Shown piece after piece: positions 28,502 to 38,846 of a stretch of 64,000 nt of DNA. Within the stretch, counting starts at the first letter, position 1. Each line of letters opens with the position of its first letter. Source of the DNA: a virus. Its lineage: Duplodnaviria; Caudoviricetes. The notes under the pieces are model-generated. The model ran no database searches and was not told the DNA's origin. It saw only the letters and a list, made by a program, of their open reading frames with translations. The DNA is taken from positions 64,001 through 128,000 of IMG/VR virus record IMGVR_UViG_3300021255_004427, one strand, 5' to 3'. The position numbers were made by a program, and so were the translations under genes.

Positions 28502-29038
28502 ATGCGCGTCGGAATTTACTTTGGTTGCTTTATCCCGCTTCATAAGGGACATGAAGCAATAATTAAAACAGCCCTAGCCGAAAATGACCATTTAATTCTG
28601 GGCGTTTGTGGGTATGATAATGACCGTGGCCATGATTATGTTCCGTTTCGGCAGCGTATCAATCTTATATCAAAGATATATGGCCGGCGCAAGAATATGA
28701 CTCTAGCGGTTGTAGATGATAAGAAAATCGGCCTTAAAGGGACATTTAGTTTAAACGCCTGGGAAATCTGGTGCAACGAACTATTCAAAAACTCTGGGTT
28801 TGACCCTAGTGACAAGGCAAATCAATACGTCTGGTATTCTGGCGAAAAGGATTATCTGGAGAAGATACAACAGCTATATCCCAGCCACGAAATGCGGCTC
28901 ATTTCCAGAGACGTAATTCCGATTTCGGGAACGGAAATCAGGGCCAATACCAGTAAATATATCACGCATATTAATCCGTTATTTGCTTTGTACTTAGCAG
29001 CACGGGAATTATTGGAGGACAATAAACATGAAGTTTAA
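28502..29038 (+). CDS. Stand-alone NadR/NadM-like nucleotidyltransferase, probable NaMN/NMN adenylyltransferase
   Basis: GIYFGCFIPLHKGH (HxGH) and ISGTEIR motifs; no kinase domain; sits between pncA and pncB. Confidence 0.75.
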   Translation: MRVGIYFGCFIPLHKGHEAIIKTALAENDHLILGVCGYDNDRGHDYVPFRQRINLISKIYGRRKNMTLAVVDDKKIGLKGTFSLNAWEIWCNELFKNSGFDPSDKANQYVWYSGEKDYLEKIQQLYPSHEMRLISRDVIPISGTEIRANTSKYITHINPLFALYLAARELLEDNKHEV

Positions 29039-30245
29039 TCAGATTATCAATTCTCTCTTGGAAACTGACCTTTACAAATTTAGCATGGGGCAGGCAATTT
29101 TCCATCAGGCCAGCGAATATGAAACCACTTGGTCTTTTAAATGCCGCAATAAAGACGTATTCTTTACGCCGGAAATGGTTGAAGAAATCCGTGAGCAGAT
29201 AAAAGCATTCTGCGGCCTGCGTTTCACGGAGGATGAGCTTCAGTATCTGGCCGGAATCAAATGGCTAAAGAAGTCTTATATCAACCATCTGCGCCTGTGG
29301 CGGCCCAACTTTGAGGATTTCGATATCAAGGCGGGCGGCGAAAAGGGCCTTATTCTTGAGGCCAAAGGCACGCTTCTGGATACATCTATGTATGAAATCC
29401 CGACTCTGGCCATTGTCAACGAGGTATATTACCGGTTCCGTGACGACTACGCATTGCTCGTTGAAGACTCCAAGGCTCGTACGCGGGCAAAAGCAGAAAA
29501 GATTCAGATGGGCAAGTATTGGCTGCCGGTATTCTCTGAATTCGGTCTGCGCCGCCGTCTTTGTGCAGAAGCGCAGGAATTTGCTGTAGAAACATTCTCC
29601 AAGCTGGATTGCCATGATGTTCTGCGCTCCTATTTTGTCGGCACCTCCAACGTTTATCTGGCCAAGAAATATGGCGTAACGCCGGTAGGCACGATGGCAC
29701 ATGAATGGATTATGTGCATGGGACAGGGCAATCACCTGTACAATCCTTCCTATTCTAACAAAGTAGCATTGGAAGCCTGGGTAAGAGAGTACGGCGTAGA
29801 TAATGGTATCGCACTTACCGATACGATTACGACGGACTGTTTCCTGCGCGATTTCAACAAGACGCTGGCTACGCTTTTCAGCGGTGTGCGCCATGACTCC
29901 GGTGACCCGTTTGTATGGGGCGACAAGATGATTGACCACTACACTCGCCTTGGCATTGACCCGATGACAAAGACGCTGTTGTTCTCTGATTCTCTGAACT
30001 TTGAGAAGGCAGATAAGATTGCTCATTATTTCGATGGCAAGGCTAAAGTAGCTTTCGGTATTGGTACATTTATTGCCAACGACACCTATGCTGAGCCCTT
30101 GAACATTGTCATGAAAGTGACGGAATGCAATGGCAGCCCGGTTGCAAAAATCTCCGATACCGTCGGCAAAGGGATGTGCAAGAGTCAGGAATATGTGGAC
30201 TACCTGCAGAGAGCTATTGACTGGCGCCTGAAGAATAAAGACTAA
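29028..30245 (+). CDS. pncB: Nicotinate phosphoribosyltransferase
   Basis: SLLETDLYKFSM, YEIPTLAIVNE, FSEFGLRRR, GTSNVYLAK, GTMAHEW, GVRHDSGDP, FSDSL, FGIGT, LNIVMK, AKISD..GK. Confidence 0.93.
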   Translation: MKFNQIINSLLETDLYKFSMGQAIFHQASEYETTWSFKCRNKDVFFTPEMVEEIREQIKAFCGLRFTEDELQYLAGIKWLKKSYINHLRLWRPNFEDFDIKAGGEKGLILEAKGTLLDTSMYEIPTLAIVNEVYYRFRDDYALLVEDSKARTRAKAEKIQMGKYWLPVFSEFGLRRRLCAEAQEFAVETFSKLDCHDVLRSYFVGTSNVYLAKKYGVTPVGTMAHEWIMCMGQGNHLYNPSYSNKVALEAWVREYGVDNGIALTDTITTDCFLRDFNKTLATLFSGVRHDSGDPFVWGDKMIDHYTRLGIDPMTKTLLFSDSLNFEKADKIAHYFDGKAKVAFGIGTFIANDTYAEPLNIVMKVTECNGSPVAKISDTVGKGMCKSQEYVDYLQRAIDWRLKNKD

Positions 30246-30248
30246 GGG

Positions 30249-31028
30249 GTGTTTTACTTGTATCCTGAATTTGATGCGAAGAAAGATAAAGAAAAGATTA
30301 TCAGCTTTTTGAGAAATTGGTTTGCCGAAAACGGCACACCGGAAACAAAAGCTGTAATAGGTATTTCCGGAGGCAAGGATTCCTCTATTGCTGCAGCACT
30401 TTGCGTAGAAGCGCTGGGGGAAGATAATGTCATCGGAGTTCTTATGCCCAATGGCATCCAGCCAGACATTGACGATGCGCTTGAGGTGGTAAAACATCTT
30501 GGTATCAAATATCGCATTGTCAATATTGAATCGTCGTACAAAGCTATGCTTAAAGCGCTGCAGTATACCGAGGCTAAAGTTGACAACAACTTCCATTTTT
30601 CAGTTACAGACCAGCTTCTTCAGAATCTTGCGCCAAGGTTACGGATGGCAACGTTATATGCTATAGCGCAGGGAGTAGAAGGTGGTGGTCGAGTTATCAA
30701 TACCTGCAATCGTTCTGAAGATTATGTAGGTTATTCGACAAAGTTCGGTGATAGCGCCGGCGACGTTTCCCCGCTTGGCGCTTATACTGTAGATGAAGTC
30801 CTGGCCATCGGAGCACTTTTGGACATTCCGGAAAGACTGGTACACAAAGCACCGTCTGACGGGCTTTGTGGTAAAACCGATGAAGATAACCTGGGCTTTA
30901 CCTATGCTGTTTTGGACAAGTACATAAAAACCGGCGAATGTGAGGATGAGCTGGTGCAGAAGCGAATTGACGAGCTGCATTATATCAATCTTCACAAACT
31001 CAAGCCAATGCCAATGGTTAAACGGTAA
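30249..31028 (+). CDS. nadE: NH3-dependent NAD+ synthetase
   Basis: VIGISGGKDS P-loop, NLAPRLRMATLY, NTCNRSEDYVGYSTKFGD, KAPSDGL, TDEDNLGFTY, HK. No glutaminase domain. TTG at 30258 may be the true start. Confidence 0.93.
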   Translation: MFYLYPEFDAKKDKEKIISFLRNWFAENGTPETKAVIGISGGKDSSIAAALCVEALGEDNVIGVLMPNGIQPDIDDALEVVKHLGIKYRIVNIESSYKAMLKALQYTEAKVDNNFHFSVTDQLLQNLAPRLRMATLYAIAQGVEGGGRVINTCNRSEDYVGYSTKFGDSAGDVSPLGAYTVDEVLAIGALLDIPERLVHKAPSDGLCGKTDEDNLGFTYAVLDKYIKTGECEDELVQKRIDELHYINLHKLKPMPMVKR

Positions 31029-31033
31029 TCAGC

Positions 31034-31065
31034 AAAAAGCTTCTATCGAATGATAGAGGCTTTTT
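31034..31065. terminator. Likely bidirectional intrinsic terminator closing the NAD operon
   Basis: AAAAAGCTTCTATC-GAAT-GATAGAGGCTTTTT. Confidence 0.85.
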
Positions 31066-31090
31066 ATTTATCCGTGGACTAAAGCATTCC

Positions 31091-31100
31091 AGATGGTAAT
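31091..31100 (+). promoter_or_regulatory. Candidate phage late-promoter motif (AGATGGTAAT)
   Basis: The same RGTAAT(A) motif recurs upstream of structural gene blocks at 42598, 46846, 53151 and 58566. Confidence 0.4.
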
Positions 31101-31147
31101 GTCTGGACTAGATAAAATTCGGAAAATACCAGATAGGAAGGAAAACA

Positions 31148-31936
31148 ATGCGTACAGCTGAAGATATAAATTTAAGTATAAAAGATAGTTTTTATAAGTT
31201 AACCGGGCGGGAATACCGGTCGGGAAGCGCACTGGGGTTTATTACGGACGCTGTGTCGCGCGAAATGGAAACGGCTCATCTTGAAATCGAGCGCAATAAG
31301 AATCCCCATATCTATACAAATCTATACGGGGAAGACCTTGATAAAATGGGGACATTTGTAAATGTTCCTCGCGAAGCCGGCGAAGATGATATGACATACC
31401 TGTACAGGATTATGAATTGGACATATTTAAAAGCAGGGGCAAATAATATTGCTGTAAACGACTCTTTGCTTAACCTGGAGTATGCTTCCGATGCCCAATA
31501 CTATCCGAAACTTCATGGCGCGGGAACGGGTGTTATTTACATTATCCCAACAGAGTATAGCGACGATATTATGGCAAAGGCGTTGGCCGAGGTAAAAAAG
31601 CGGGTTGAAAATGTTATTTCGCCAGAGTCTTATACGGAATATATTATTCCCACGGCGGTGCCGGTTAATCTGGTATGCCACTTAGAAGTAAACGGCGGCG
31701 ATGTTTCTTACATTAAGGATAAGATTTCAGAGGCGCTAAAAGAATACATCAATGGGATTGCTCCAAACACCTACCTGTCCGTCGGCGAAATGAACCGGAT
31801 TGGGCTGGAAATGGATAATGTTGATTTCTTCTCGATAGATGGAGTCTATCTTAACGAGGAATACAATACTGATACAAAAATACTGCAAGAGCTAGAAACT
31901 AAAATGTTATTTCAGGAAATAAGCTGGGAGGATTAA
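31148..31936 (+). CDS. Baseplate J-like protein (short form)
   Basis: GEDLDKMG...PREAGEDDMTYLYRI, GAGTGVIYIIP, IKDKISEALKEYINGIAP...LSVGEM pattern. Confidence 0.7.
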   Translation: MRTAEDINLSIKDSFYKLTGREYRSGSALGFITDAVSREMETAHLEIERNKNPHIYTNLYGEDLDKMGTFVNVPREAGEDDMTYLYRIMNWTYLKAGANNIAVNDSLLNLEYASDAQYYPKLHGAGTGVIYIIPTEYSDDIMAKALAEVKKRVENVISPESYTEYIIPTAVPVNLVCHLEVNGGDVSYIKDKISEALKEYINGIAPNTYLSVGEMNRIGLEMDNVDFFSIDGVYLNEEYNTDTKILQELETKMLFQEISWED

Positions 31937-31941
31937 AACAC

Positions 31942-34900
31942 ATGAGCTTGTCTATGGAATCTGTCTTGCCGAGCATGAAGCGAAGCTTCCCCAGCTGGTC
32001 AGACATTCGTAAGCGCACAGACAAATCGATTGGCGGCGCGCTGGTAAAATCATATGCAAGAGAAGCAGACTATATTCAGGATGCGATAAATGACTATCGT
32101 AAGATATTCTTCCTGTTAAACTACAAGGGACACGAAGATGAGTTTGCGGACTATCTTTATCTCGCAACTGTGGGTAAACAGGATGCAATTAATATAGTTG
32201 GCTTCGAATGCAGAGTGACCAAAGACGACAACGAATTTTACGGCAACATGGACAAGATGGCCTTATATCGGGATGACTATCTTATGTTTCATGAAAAAGT
32301 CCTGCCAGAGGGCGCTGAACAGAAAACCATCCAATACCAGATTGAAAGTGGCAGCGTCTACGAGGTAGAACTTCATAAAGAGCATATCTGGAATGCCTTT
32401 GATGAATTTGCCTTATTTGCCGGATTAACACGGTATGGCAATGAAACAAACAAAGAGCTTGCCGAAAGAACCGTCCAGGTTTTCAAGGAGTTCCCAAATC
32501 CGACCCGAACCGGTATTGGTAACGCCATACAGGATGCAATAACTCCTCACGATACCATTCTTGACGAAGATATCGATGTTTATAAAATCAGTGATGAAAA
32601 GTTCGATCTTGGCCGTGAGGATCACAAAGCAATATACGAAGATTTGGTTCAGCTGAACAGAGATATCTTCCGAGCCAAAACATGGAATCGCGATACATGG
32701 GAACATGGCTTTCAAAAGACGGATTATATCCCTCATGTATGGGATGCTCCGATGGAAGCCATCCAAAACGGTGTAGGGTATAACGATTCGCTGCGGACGG
32801 ACTATATTAAACGATTAGGACAGAGCGAGACAACAGATATTGAAGTCAACGCCTATAAGAAAGACTTCGAAAAAATCCGCCAATATATTGGCCGCACAAA
32901 TATAGAGGCGTCTATCCAGTTAACGTTAACTAAATATACTGATGTGGTTAATCCGAAAAATGTGGAATTCTGTATCAGGGCATATGACGTTCTCAAGATA
33001 CCTAACCCGAAAGATATTCATGTGCTTGGTACGAGAAAACAGAATGGCGAAAAACGCTACTATGTGGATGACCTTGCAACGGAAACGCATGGCGTAACCC
33101 GTATCGCAAATAATAGGCTGGAGAAGAATACTTCATACAAGCTTCGTTTTACACCAAAAGATACATTCTCAGGAATGAGTGTTGAAAAATGCAGACTGGC
33201 GTATGACGGCGGCGATAAGGACTTGCGTAGGGAATATTCTTATTACAAGTTGAAAGACGGCAGTATTGTAAATCAGAATGTTGCTGCACATATCACATCT
33301 ACATCACAAGTTACAACAAACCATAATATTGAAGATTGCAGTACAGGGGTCACTGTTGGCCACAGTGATACAAAAGGGTCGTTCGGAGTAGATGTTACCG
33401 GCATGGCCAAAGAAATGATTAACTATAGTGTAAGCTGCCGGCGTATTGATATCACGTCGTCAAGCTATGTAGAAGGGCGCAACGGATTTGAGTTATCCTC
33501 AGACGGTAAGTCACTTTTTAATAATCGCCCAGATTCTTTGGGACAGATTATTATTGGAGGTCAGGGCAGGGAACTTAGCTGCAACTCATACTCTTTTACA
33601 CTGGAAGCTTCTGCAATCCCTGCGCTCCAGGGGGCAATAACGGTTACGGAAATCGTTGATGGACAGATAACACAAATGACTTATCGTCAACCACAAGAAG
33701 TGGTTCGCGAATTTAAGAAGCGCTCGGAAGTCCAGGTTATTATCCAGAAATATGGTCAGAACCCTGTGAAAATCAAGAACATCGCTATGGCAAGCTATGA
33801 TGTTCACATCGGCATGTCTGATGGCACACCTTTGGTGGTGGCCGGGAAAAATACGCGATTGCCGGAAAATGTGGATGGAAAAATACTCACGGTAGAACTT
33901 ATTCCGCACACAGCGGCGTATCCTGTACTTGAATATCTACATATTGGCGGAAGCTTAAAGGGCGCCCGTTACGAAATCGATTTTGATACCAACGGGAAGA
34001 ATAATCCGGAGCTAGATATCGACACAGATTGTAACGTCACACTGTATAAAAAAGTGGGTGGCAGTAGTGTTTTAGTTGGAAGTGAAAATAGGTATACCAC
34101 AAAGGCTGTATTCAGAAATACCTCTTCCTCCTCGTTTGGGCAAATTGTTTTAGACTTGGGAAATTTTGCTTCTATATCCAGTGCAAGCCGAAAGATTAAT
34201 GACCAGTACAGTGGTACGAATAAGAAGTATATCGAGCTGGCTCCCGGCGAAGAAATTTTTGAGATGGACATTGCCGGCGAGGTAATCCGGCAAATTACCA
34301 ATAAGCCGTTAACAGAATACCTGTTTGGTGCAAATACGCAAAATAAAGAGGTATATGCTACCCGGGGGACAAGCGGGTACATTTTAGTAAAAGACGTTGC
34401 AAGTGGCCAGATAAAAAAAGTAACAATTCCGTATGCGGATTTGGATGGCCGTGCTGACACGTATCAGTTAACAGGATTGCCAAGAGAGCTATCCGCAGAA
34501 TTTGTGACATCCAATGGCGAGATCAGGGAAGTATCCAATTCCGGTAATGGTAGCGTATTTGACCATCTTGGTATTGCTTATAAACAAGCATCAGAATATG
34601 TTGCCTATAACACGGTTTCAATGATCAAAGAAAAACAGGCCGGTGTTGAAATGGTTAATACATTTACACCGGTTATGTCTTTGACGGAACTGCGATACTA
34701 TGTTATTGCCGCCACAAAAAACATTAGTGACAACATGGTGGTATTTGGTACATCAAAAGATAATTGGAGTCTGGGTGTTGATCCTAAAGGAATAGATGTC
34801 AGCACGACGCTGGAAACAAAGAATGCGGATTCTTGGATCATTAGTATTAACAATGTCAGCAACAGATATATTCTTGCAAATGAAGTGCCATTAGAGGAAA

Positions 34901-36978
34901 GATACTTCATTGAACAGGATGGGCTATATCACGACCTTCGCGAATATATGGTTACAACAGAACCCGGCTTAAAAATTAACTACGAGATTGAGCCAGGAAT
35001 CGAAGAAAATATAACCGTAAAGAGTAAGCTGGTAAATAAGCTAAGATACTCTAATATAAACGAAATTAAAATCTACCAAGGGACAGCAATAATTAGCAGC
35101 GGTTTTGAAGTGCTAAAAGATGAAGGACTTATTGTCTGGTCGGATGGGCGGTATTTGGGTGTACCTTTGAAGGTTGTTTATTCGATAAAAAGACCGTCCA
35201 CAGTATCTTATACCAGGGAGTATGAAGACAAGCTGTACAAACTGGTTAGTTTTTCGGCTGAAGCCTACAAGCTTATCGGGACAAAAGTTTATAAAAACTG
35301 TCCAGATGGCGCACAGTATACCCTTCGCTTCGAAGAAGAGCCCGATAAGATAATCACGTCCTGCACAAACGCTTCGTTTAATACATCTGTGCTGAACGGA
35401 GTATTGACGGCGGCCCGAGTAACAGATGAGGACAAGATAGCCGTACACAATGGTTACATTTATGACCAAGGGCGGGAATACTATTTCTTTAGCGACGTAT
35501 TCAATGACCGTGTTGATGTGTTCAGTAATATCGAAATGCATGATGTTACGCGTCTTAATGGGGAACTATTATTCCACATGCGCTCTACAAACTACCTGCC
35601 CTATTCTAGTATGAAAACGTCTGTTATGGCAGACCTCTGTTCTATTGACCTAACTAAGAGGCTCCCGCCGGGGATAAGCAAGGCTAATCATTTAACTGCA
35701 TGTGAGGGGTACAACCTTTGGCACACGGTTAATATGAAAATTGCTTTGGCGGAAAATGGGCTGAACGGCTATGCCTTGGCATTAAAATCTCTCGATAAAA
35801 CTGGGGGATATGCAGCATTAGATGTCACTTCTTTTTATGTCGAAGGGAATGCTATATCTCTTCAAGTTACCGGCGATTTACAGGCGGAGATTATCAAAGA
35901 AACACAACTGGACGGCCTCACAATGACCAAGTCTGTATTCCTTGAGAGAGAAAATGGGAAAACGTTGGTTATGGATGATGATATTGCGTATACCATCTGC
36001 GGGGAGCCAGAAAAGAATTGCCGATATTTTATAGTTCTTTCTGGCACAAACGGCGTCATTGACGATCTTGTATCTTTGCCATATGTGGATTTAAGGGCCA
36101 TGAAAGCTACGCACAAAAAGAATATAAGCAAACTGAACTTTAACATAACTGAGAAAATGCCAGAGAAGTATGAATACGACCTCGAATTTGATGTCGTAGG
36201 TGCTTCGTACAAAGACCTCAATATTCACAGTCAGACAAGGGAAATTGAAACCACGGCAGATGTAGAATATGGACTCACGCTTGTGGAATCCGTAGACCTT
36301 GAAAAGTGCATGATTTCAAGAATGCAGATAACAAAAGGTACGATTGTGGCTACACTTAATGAGGGGTACGCAAAGACGCCCATATTCTTTACACATACGA
36401 AATCTTCAGTGTACGCCTTGTATGTAAAAATCAATGATATCATTGAAGGCCGCTACAAAGGGTTTACTATAAAGCTCTATGGCTCTAATACGAGAAGCGG
36501 TGGATACACCCTGCTTGCAACAGAGGAGAATACAAACATTCTTTCAATTCCCCACAATCTCGTACGAAACTACTACTATGTGGAAGTTATTGCTGATAAA
36601 AATAAAGTAATTCATAGCATAGATGTTTACGCAAGATATGCTGAAACCGAAGACGGCGGAAAGCTTGCGCCAACGAGAATTGAAAAAGGCACGTTTATTA
36701 GCAAGATATATGACGTTGGAGAAACAGCAAATTATATCCTCCAGGATATTGACTATGTGACAAACAACCATGACGACGATATTGAGTTTTATGTCCGCGG
36801 CGTGCGTGAGGGGAAGAACAGTTTAGTATTTACCCCTTGGAGAAAATACGTGGCAAACGCAGATAAGTTAAAACAGATTCGCTATGATGGTTATTCTCTG
36901 TTCCAGTTTAAGATAAATGTCAATAGCCCCGCAGCAACCCTTAAGGTGAATAAATTTAGAATGGTGGTCGCATCGTAA
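31942..36978 (+). CDS. Large virion structural protein (probable baseplate wedge)
   Basis: 1678-aa beta-rich ORF directly after baseplate J; N-terminal WNAFDEFALFAGLTRYGNETNKEL...NPTRTGIGNAI resembles wedge proteins. Confidence 0.5.
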   Translation: MSLSMESVLPSMKRSFPSWSDIRKRTDKSIGGALVKSYAREADYIQDAINDYRKIFFLLNYKGHEDEFADYLYLATVGKQDAINIVGFECRVTKDDNEFYGNMDKMALYRDDYLMFHEKVLPEGAEQKTIQYQIESGSVYEVELHKEHIWNAFDEFALFAGLTRYGNETNKELAERTVQVFKEFPNPTRTGIGNAIQDAITPHDTILDEDIDVYKISDEKFDLGREDHKAIYEDLVQLNRDIFRAKTWNRDTWEHGFQKTDYIPHVWDAPMEAIQNGVGYNDSLRTDYIKRLGQSETTDIEVNAYKKDFEKIRQYIGRTNIEASIQLTLTKYTDVVNPKNVEFCIRAYDVLKIPNPKDIHVLGTRKQNGEKRYYVDDLATETHGVTRIANNRLEKNTSYKLRFTPKDTFSGMSVEKCRLAYDGGDKDLRREYSYYKLKDGSIVNQNVAAHITSTSQVTTNHNIEDCSTGVTVGHSDTKGSFGVDVTGMAKEMINYSVSCRRIDITSSSYVEGRNGFELSSDGKSLFNNRPDSLGQIIIGGQGRELSCNSYSFTLEASAIPALQGAITVTEIVDGQITQMTYRQPQEVVREFKKRSEVQVIIQKYGQNPVKIKNIAMASYDVHIGMSDGTPLVVAGKNTRLPENVDGKILTVELIPHTAAYPVLEYLHIGGSLKGARYEIDFDTNGKNNPELDIDTDCNVTLYKKVGGSSVLVGSENRYTTKAVFRNTSSSSFGQIVLDLGNFASISSASRKINDQYSGTNKKYIELAPGEEIFEMDIAGEVIRQITNKPLTEYLFGANTQNKEVYATRGTSGYILVKDVASGQIKKVTIPYADLDGRADTYQLTGLPRELSAEFVTSNGEIREVSNSGNGSVFDHLGIAYKQASEYVAYNTVSMIKEKQAGVEMVNTFTPVMSLTELRYYVIAATKNISDNMVVFGTSKDNWSLGVDPKGIDVSTTLETKNADSWIISINNVSNRYILANEVPLEERYFIEQDGLYHDLREYMVTTEPGLKINYEIEPGIEENITVKSKLVNKLRYSNINEIKIYQGTAIISSGFEVLKDEGLIVWSDGRYLGVPLKVVYSIKRPSTVSYTREYEDKLYKLVSFSAEAYKLIGTKVYKNCPDGAQYTLRFEEEPDKIITSCTNASFNTSVLNGVLTAARVTDEDKIAVHNGYIYDQGREYYFFSDVFNDRVDVFSNIEMHDVTRLNGELLFHMRSTNYLPYSSMKTSVMADLCSIDLTKRLPPGISKANHLTACEGYNLWHTVNMKIALAENGLNGYALALKSLDKTGGYAALDVTSFYVEGNAISLQVTGDLQAEIIKETQLDGLTMTKSVFLERENGKTLVMDDDIAYTICGEPEKNCRYFIVLSGTNGVIDDLVSLPYVDLRAMKATHKKNISKLNFNITEKMPEKYEYDLEFDVVGASYKDLNIHSQTREIETTADVEYGLTLVESVDLEKCMISRMQITKGTIVATLNEGYAKTPIFFTHTKSSVYALYVKINDIIEGRYKGFTIKLYGSNTRSGGYTLLATEENTNILSIPHNLVRNYYYVEVIADKNKVIHSIDVYARYAETEDGGKLAPTRIEKGTFISKIYDVGETANYILQDIDYVTNNHDDDIEFYVRGVREGKNSLVFTPWRKYVANADKLKQIRYDGYSLFQFKINVNSPAATLKVNKFRMVVAS

Positions 36979-38846
36979 TGCAGGAAATATTTCAAACAAA
37001 TGGCCGCATAGAAAGCATGGATGGAATGCACTTCTACGAGCAGGACATTGTTATGCTAAACTACATATATACCGGTGATGTGACAATCGAAGCGGAGATC
37101 GACTATGCTATGCCGGGATTTGGTTTTGTGTTTGCTTCGTACAGCATTGGTTTTACCAGTGCTGACGAGGCACGCAATGCCATATTGGTTAAAGTTGGCG
37201 GCTTAGATTTCTCCGTATATAAGAAGAGTCTTGGAACGCAAAGCCGGTTATACGATTCCAGTTGTCCTTTTTCTCCGGATAAGAAAACGCATAAACTGAA
37301 GTTCCAGAAAACTGGGACATATGTTTATTGCTACGAGGTTATCGGGGAAAAAGAACAGGAGCTTGGGCACTTTAATACAAAAACCGATATTGATAAGTTC
37401 TATATCGGCGTGTATTCCAATAAAGGTAACACAGTGACGCGGATGGACATTTATGATAACCGTCCGCAACATTGGTTCACCAATATACGAAATACTAATG
37501 GCGGTAGAATTTCTTTTGAACAGAATGCGTTCAAGGTTGAAAATGCCGAAAAGGATGCCGAAATCGACCAGGAACTTATCTTTTTAAAGCGAGGAAGATA
37601 TTTCCTTGACTACAAGGAAGAGCCTGTAAATGGTGATTTAGATAAACGCGTGTTTGTTTTTAATTCGGCTGAGCCGAGAATAAAGGCGCCGGAAAAGACA
37701 AAACTGAAATTTGACAAACTTAGGTATGGGGAAATCCCGTACTTTGACATGGATACGGATGGTTACGTAAACATTCTATGGCAAATTGCGTCGGGGAAAA
37801 TTTCTGATATTGCAATTAAAGATGACCATCGTCAGGATTTTGTGCCAACGGGAGACACCATAGAAGAGCGAGAAGGCAGCTATATTTTAGTTCGAATGAA
37901 AGGGTTGAAGAAAGTTGATTGGACAGGTGTTGTCGAAAAAATACCGGCATCTGCACTGACACAAAAGATACCATACAGTTTGTTCAGCTACGATGGCTCG
38001 ACTCTGAGTATAGATACTGCAGGAGTAAAGCTCAACAAGTCATACAATTATCTGTTTGAAAACATTGCGACAGATACATGGAAGCTTACAGTAACCGAAG
38101 ACTTTGGGAAAGAACCAAGAGTTGTTTATGCACATACCTATACTTCTAAAAATCAGACCGCTAGAATTTTCGACGCGGTTTCGGCGAAAATCACCGGCCT
38201 GACAATTGTAAAAGAAGATGGCGAAGAAATTGACATCATTAACCGGCGTTCCATCCGCAAAATTGTGCCTGCAGCAGTAAAAGGGCCGATTATTGTTACA
38301 GATAGCGACAATATTCCATTGGACTTGTCTGCTTCCTACAGGGTACTCCCTGATGAGCGGATTGTATTCACGAACTATGAACGGGAAGTCTTTGACGTTG
38401 AGGAATCCTTCTTGCTAAATAAGGTTGCCAGTGAAAACACGGACATCATTTTGTACGGTGTCTATGGCGACATAGATAAAAGCCAGATGTATCATATTCG
38501 GGATGAAGCGATGATTTCCGACATAAGTTACGCCGTGCAAAGATACGATATTATTAGTAGTGACTTGTTTAAGGTTCAAGATAGGCAGCTTATTGTCCCG
38601 GATAACAGCGTGCTGCAGCGCGGGTATAGCTCCTTCATTGTAGAGTATTTGAAGGAAGACAGTTATTGTATTAACACATCGGCTGATGGAACCGAGTATG
38701 TGGTAGATATTGTTACAAAGTCACCGGTTATCAATACGATGTATGACATGACTGAAGATGGCCGTGTCAGAACATATAAGATTGATGACACACTAAAACC
38801 TGGAGACAATAGTTATCTTGTATTGAGAAAGGATGAATTAAGCTGA
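36978..38846 (+). CDS. Putative structural protein
   Basis: 622-aa ORF; TAATG overlap with the upstream stop; beta-rich. Confidence 0.5.
   Translation: MQEIFQTNGRIESMDGMHFYEQDIVMLNYIYTGDVTIEAEIDYAMPGFGFVFASYSIGFTSADEARNAILVKVGGLDFSVYKKSLGTQSRLYDSSCPFSPDKKTHKLKFQKTGTYVYCYEVIGEKEQELGHFNTKTDIDKFYIGVYSNKGNTVTRMDIYDNRPQHWFTNIRNTNGGRISFEQNAFKVENAEKDAEIDQELIFLKRGRYFLDYKEEPVNGDLDKRVFVFNSAEPRIKAPEKTKLKFDKLRYGEIPYFDMDTDGYVNILWQIASGKISDIAIKDDHRQDFVPTGDTIEEREGSYILVRMKGLKKVDWTGVVEKIPASALTQKIPYSLFSYDGSTLSIDTAGVKLNKSYNYLFENIATDTWKLTVTEDFGKEPRVVYAHTYTSKNQTARIFDAVSAKITGLTIVKEDGEEIDIINRRSIRKIVPAAVKGPIIVTDSDNIPLDLSASYRVLPDERIVFTNYEREVFDVEESFLLNKVASENTDIILYGVYGDIDKSQMYHIRDEAMISDISYAVQRYDIISSDLFKVQDRQLIVPDNSVLQRGYSSFIVEYLKEDSYCINTSADGTEYVVDIVTKSPVINTMYDMTEDGRVRTYKIDDTLKPGDNSYLVLRKDELS

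Noticed and set aside
29028-30245. Possible NARP1 Namat or NARP2 Nampt (NadV) identity
   Set aside because: Motifs are PncB-type (GTMAHEW, RHDSGDP, LNIVMK); adjacent pncA and nadE indicate the deamidated route; no Prs-like Adps gene in the window
29265-30596. 443-aa minus-strand ORF
   Set aside because: Antisense shadow of pncB and nadE; no recognisable motifs
14523-36978. Bacterial contractile injection system (eCIS/T6SS) rather than phage
   Set aside because: Scale, multiple fibres and an RNAP-like giant gene fit a large phage better, although no capsid, terminase or sheath gene is visible in this window to prove it
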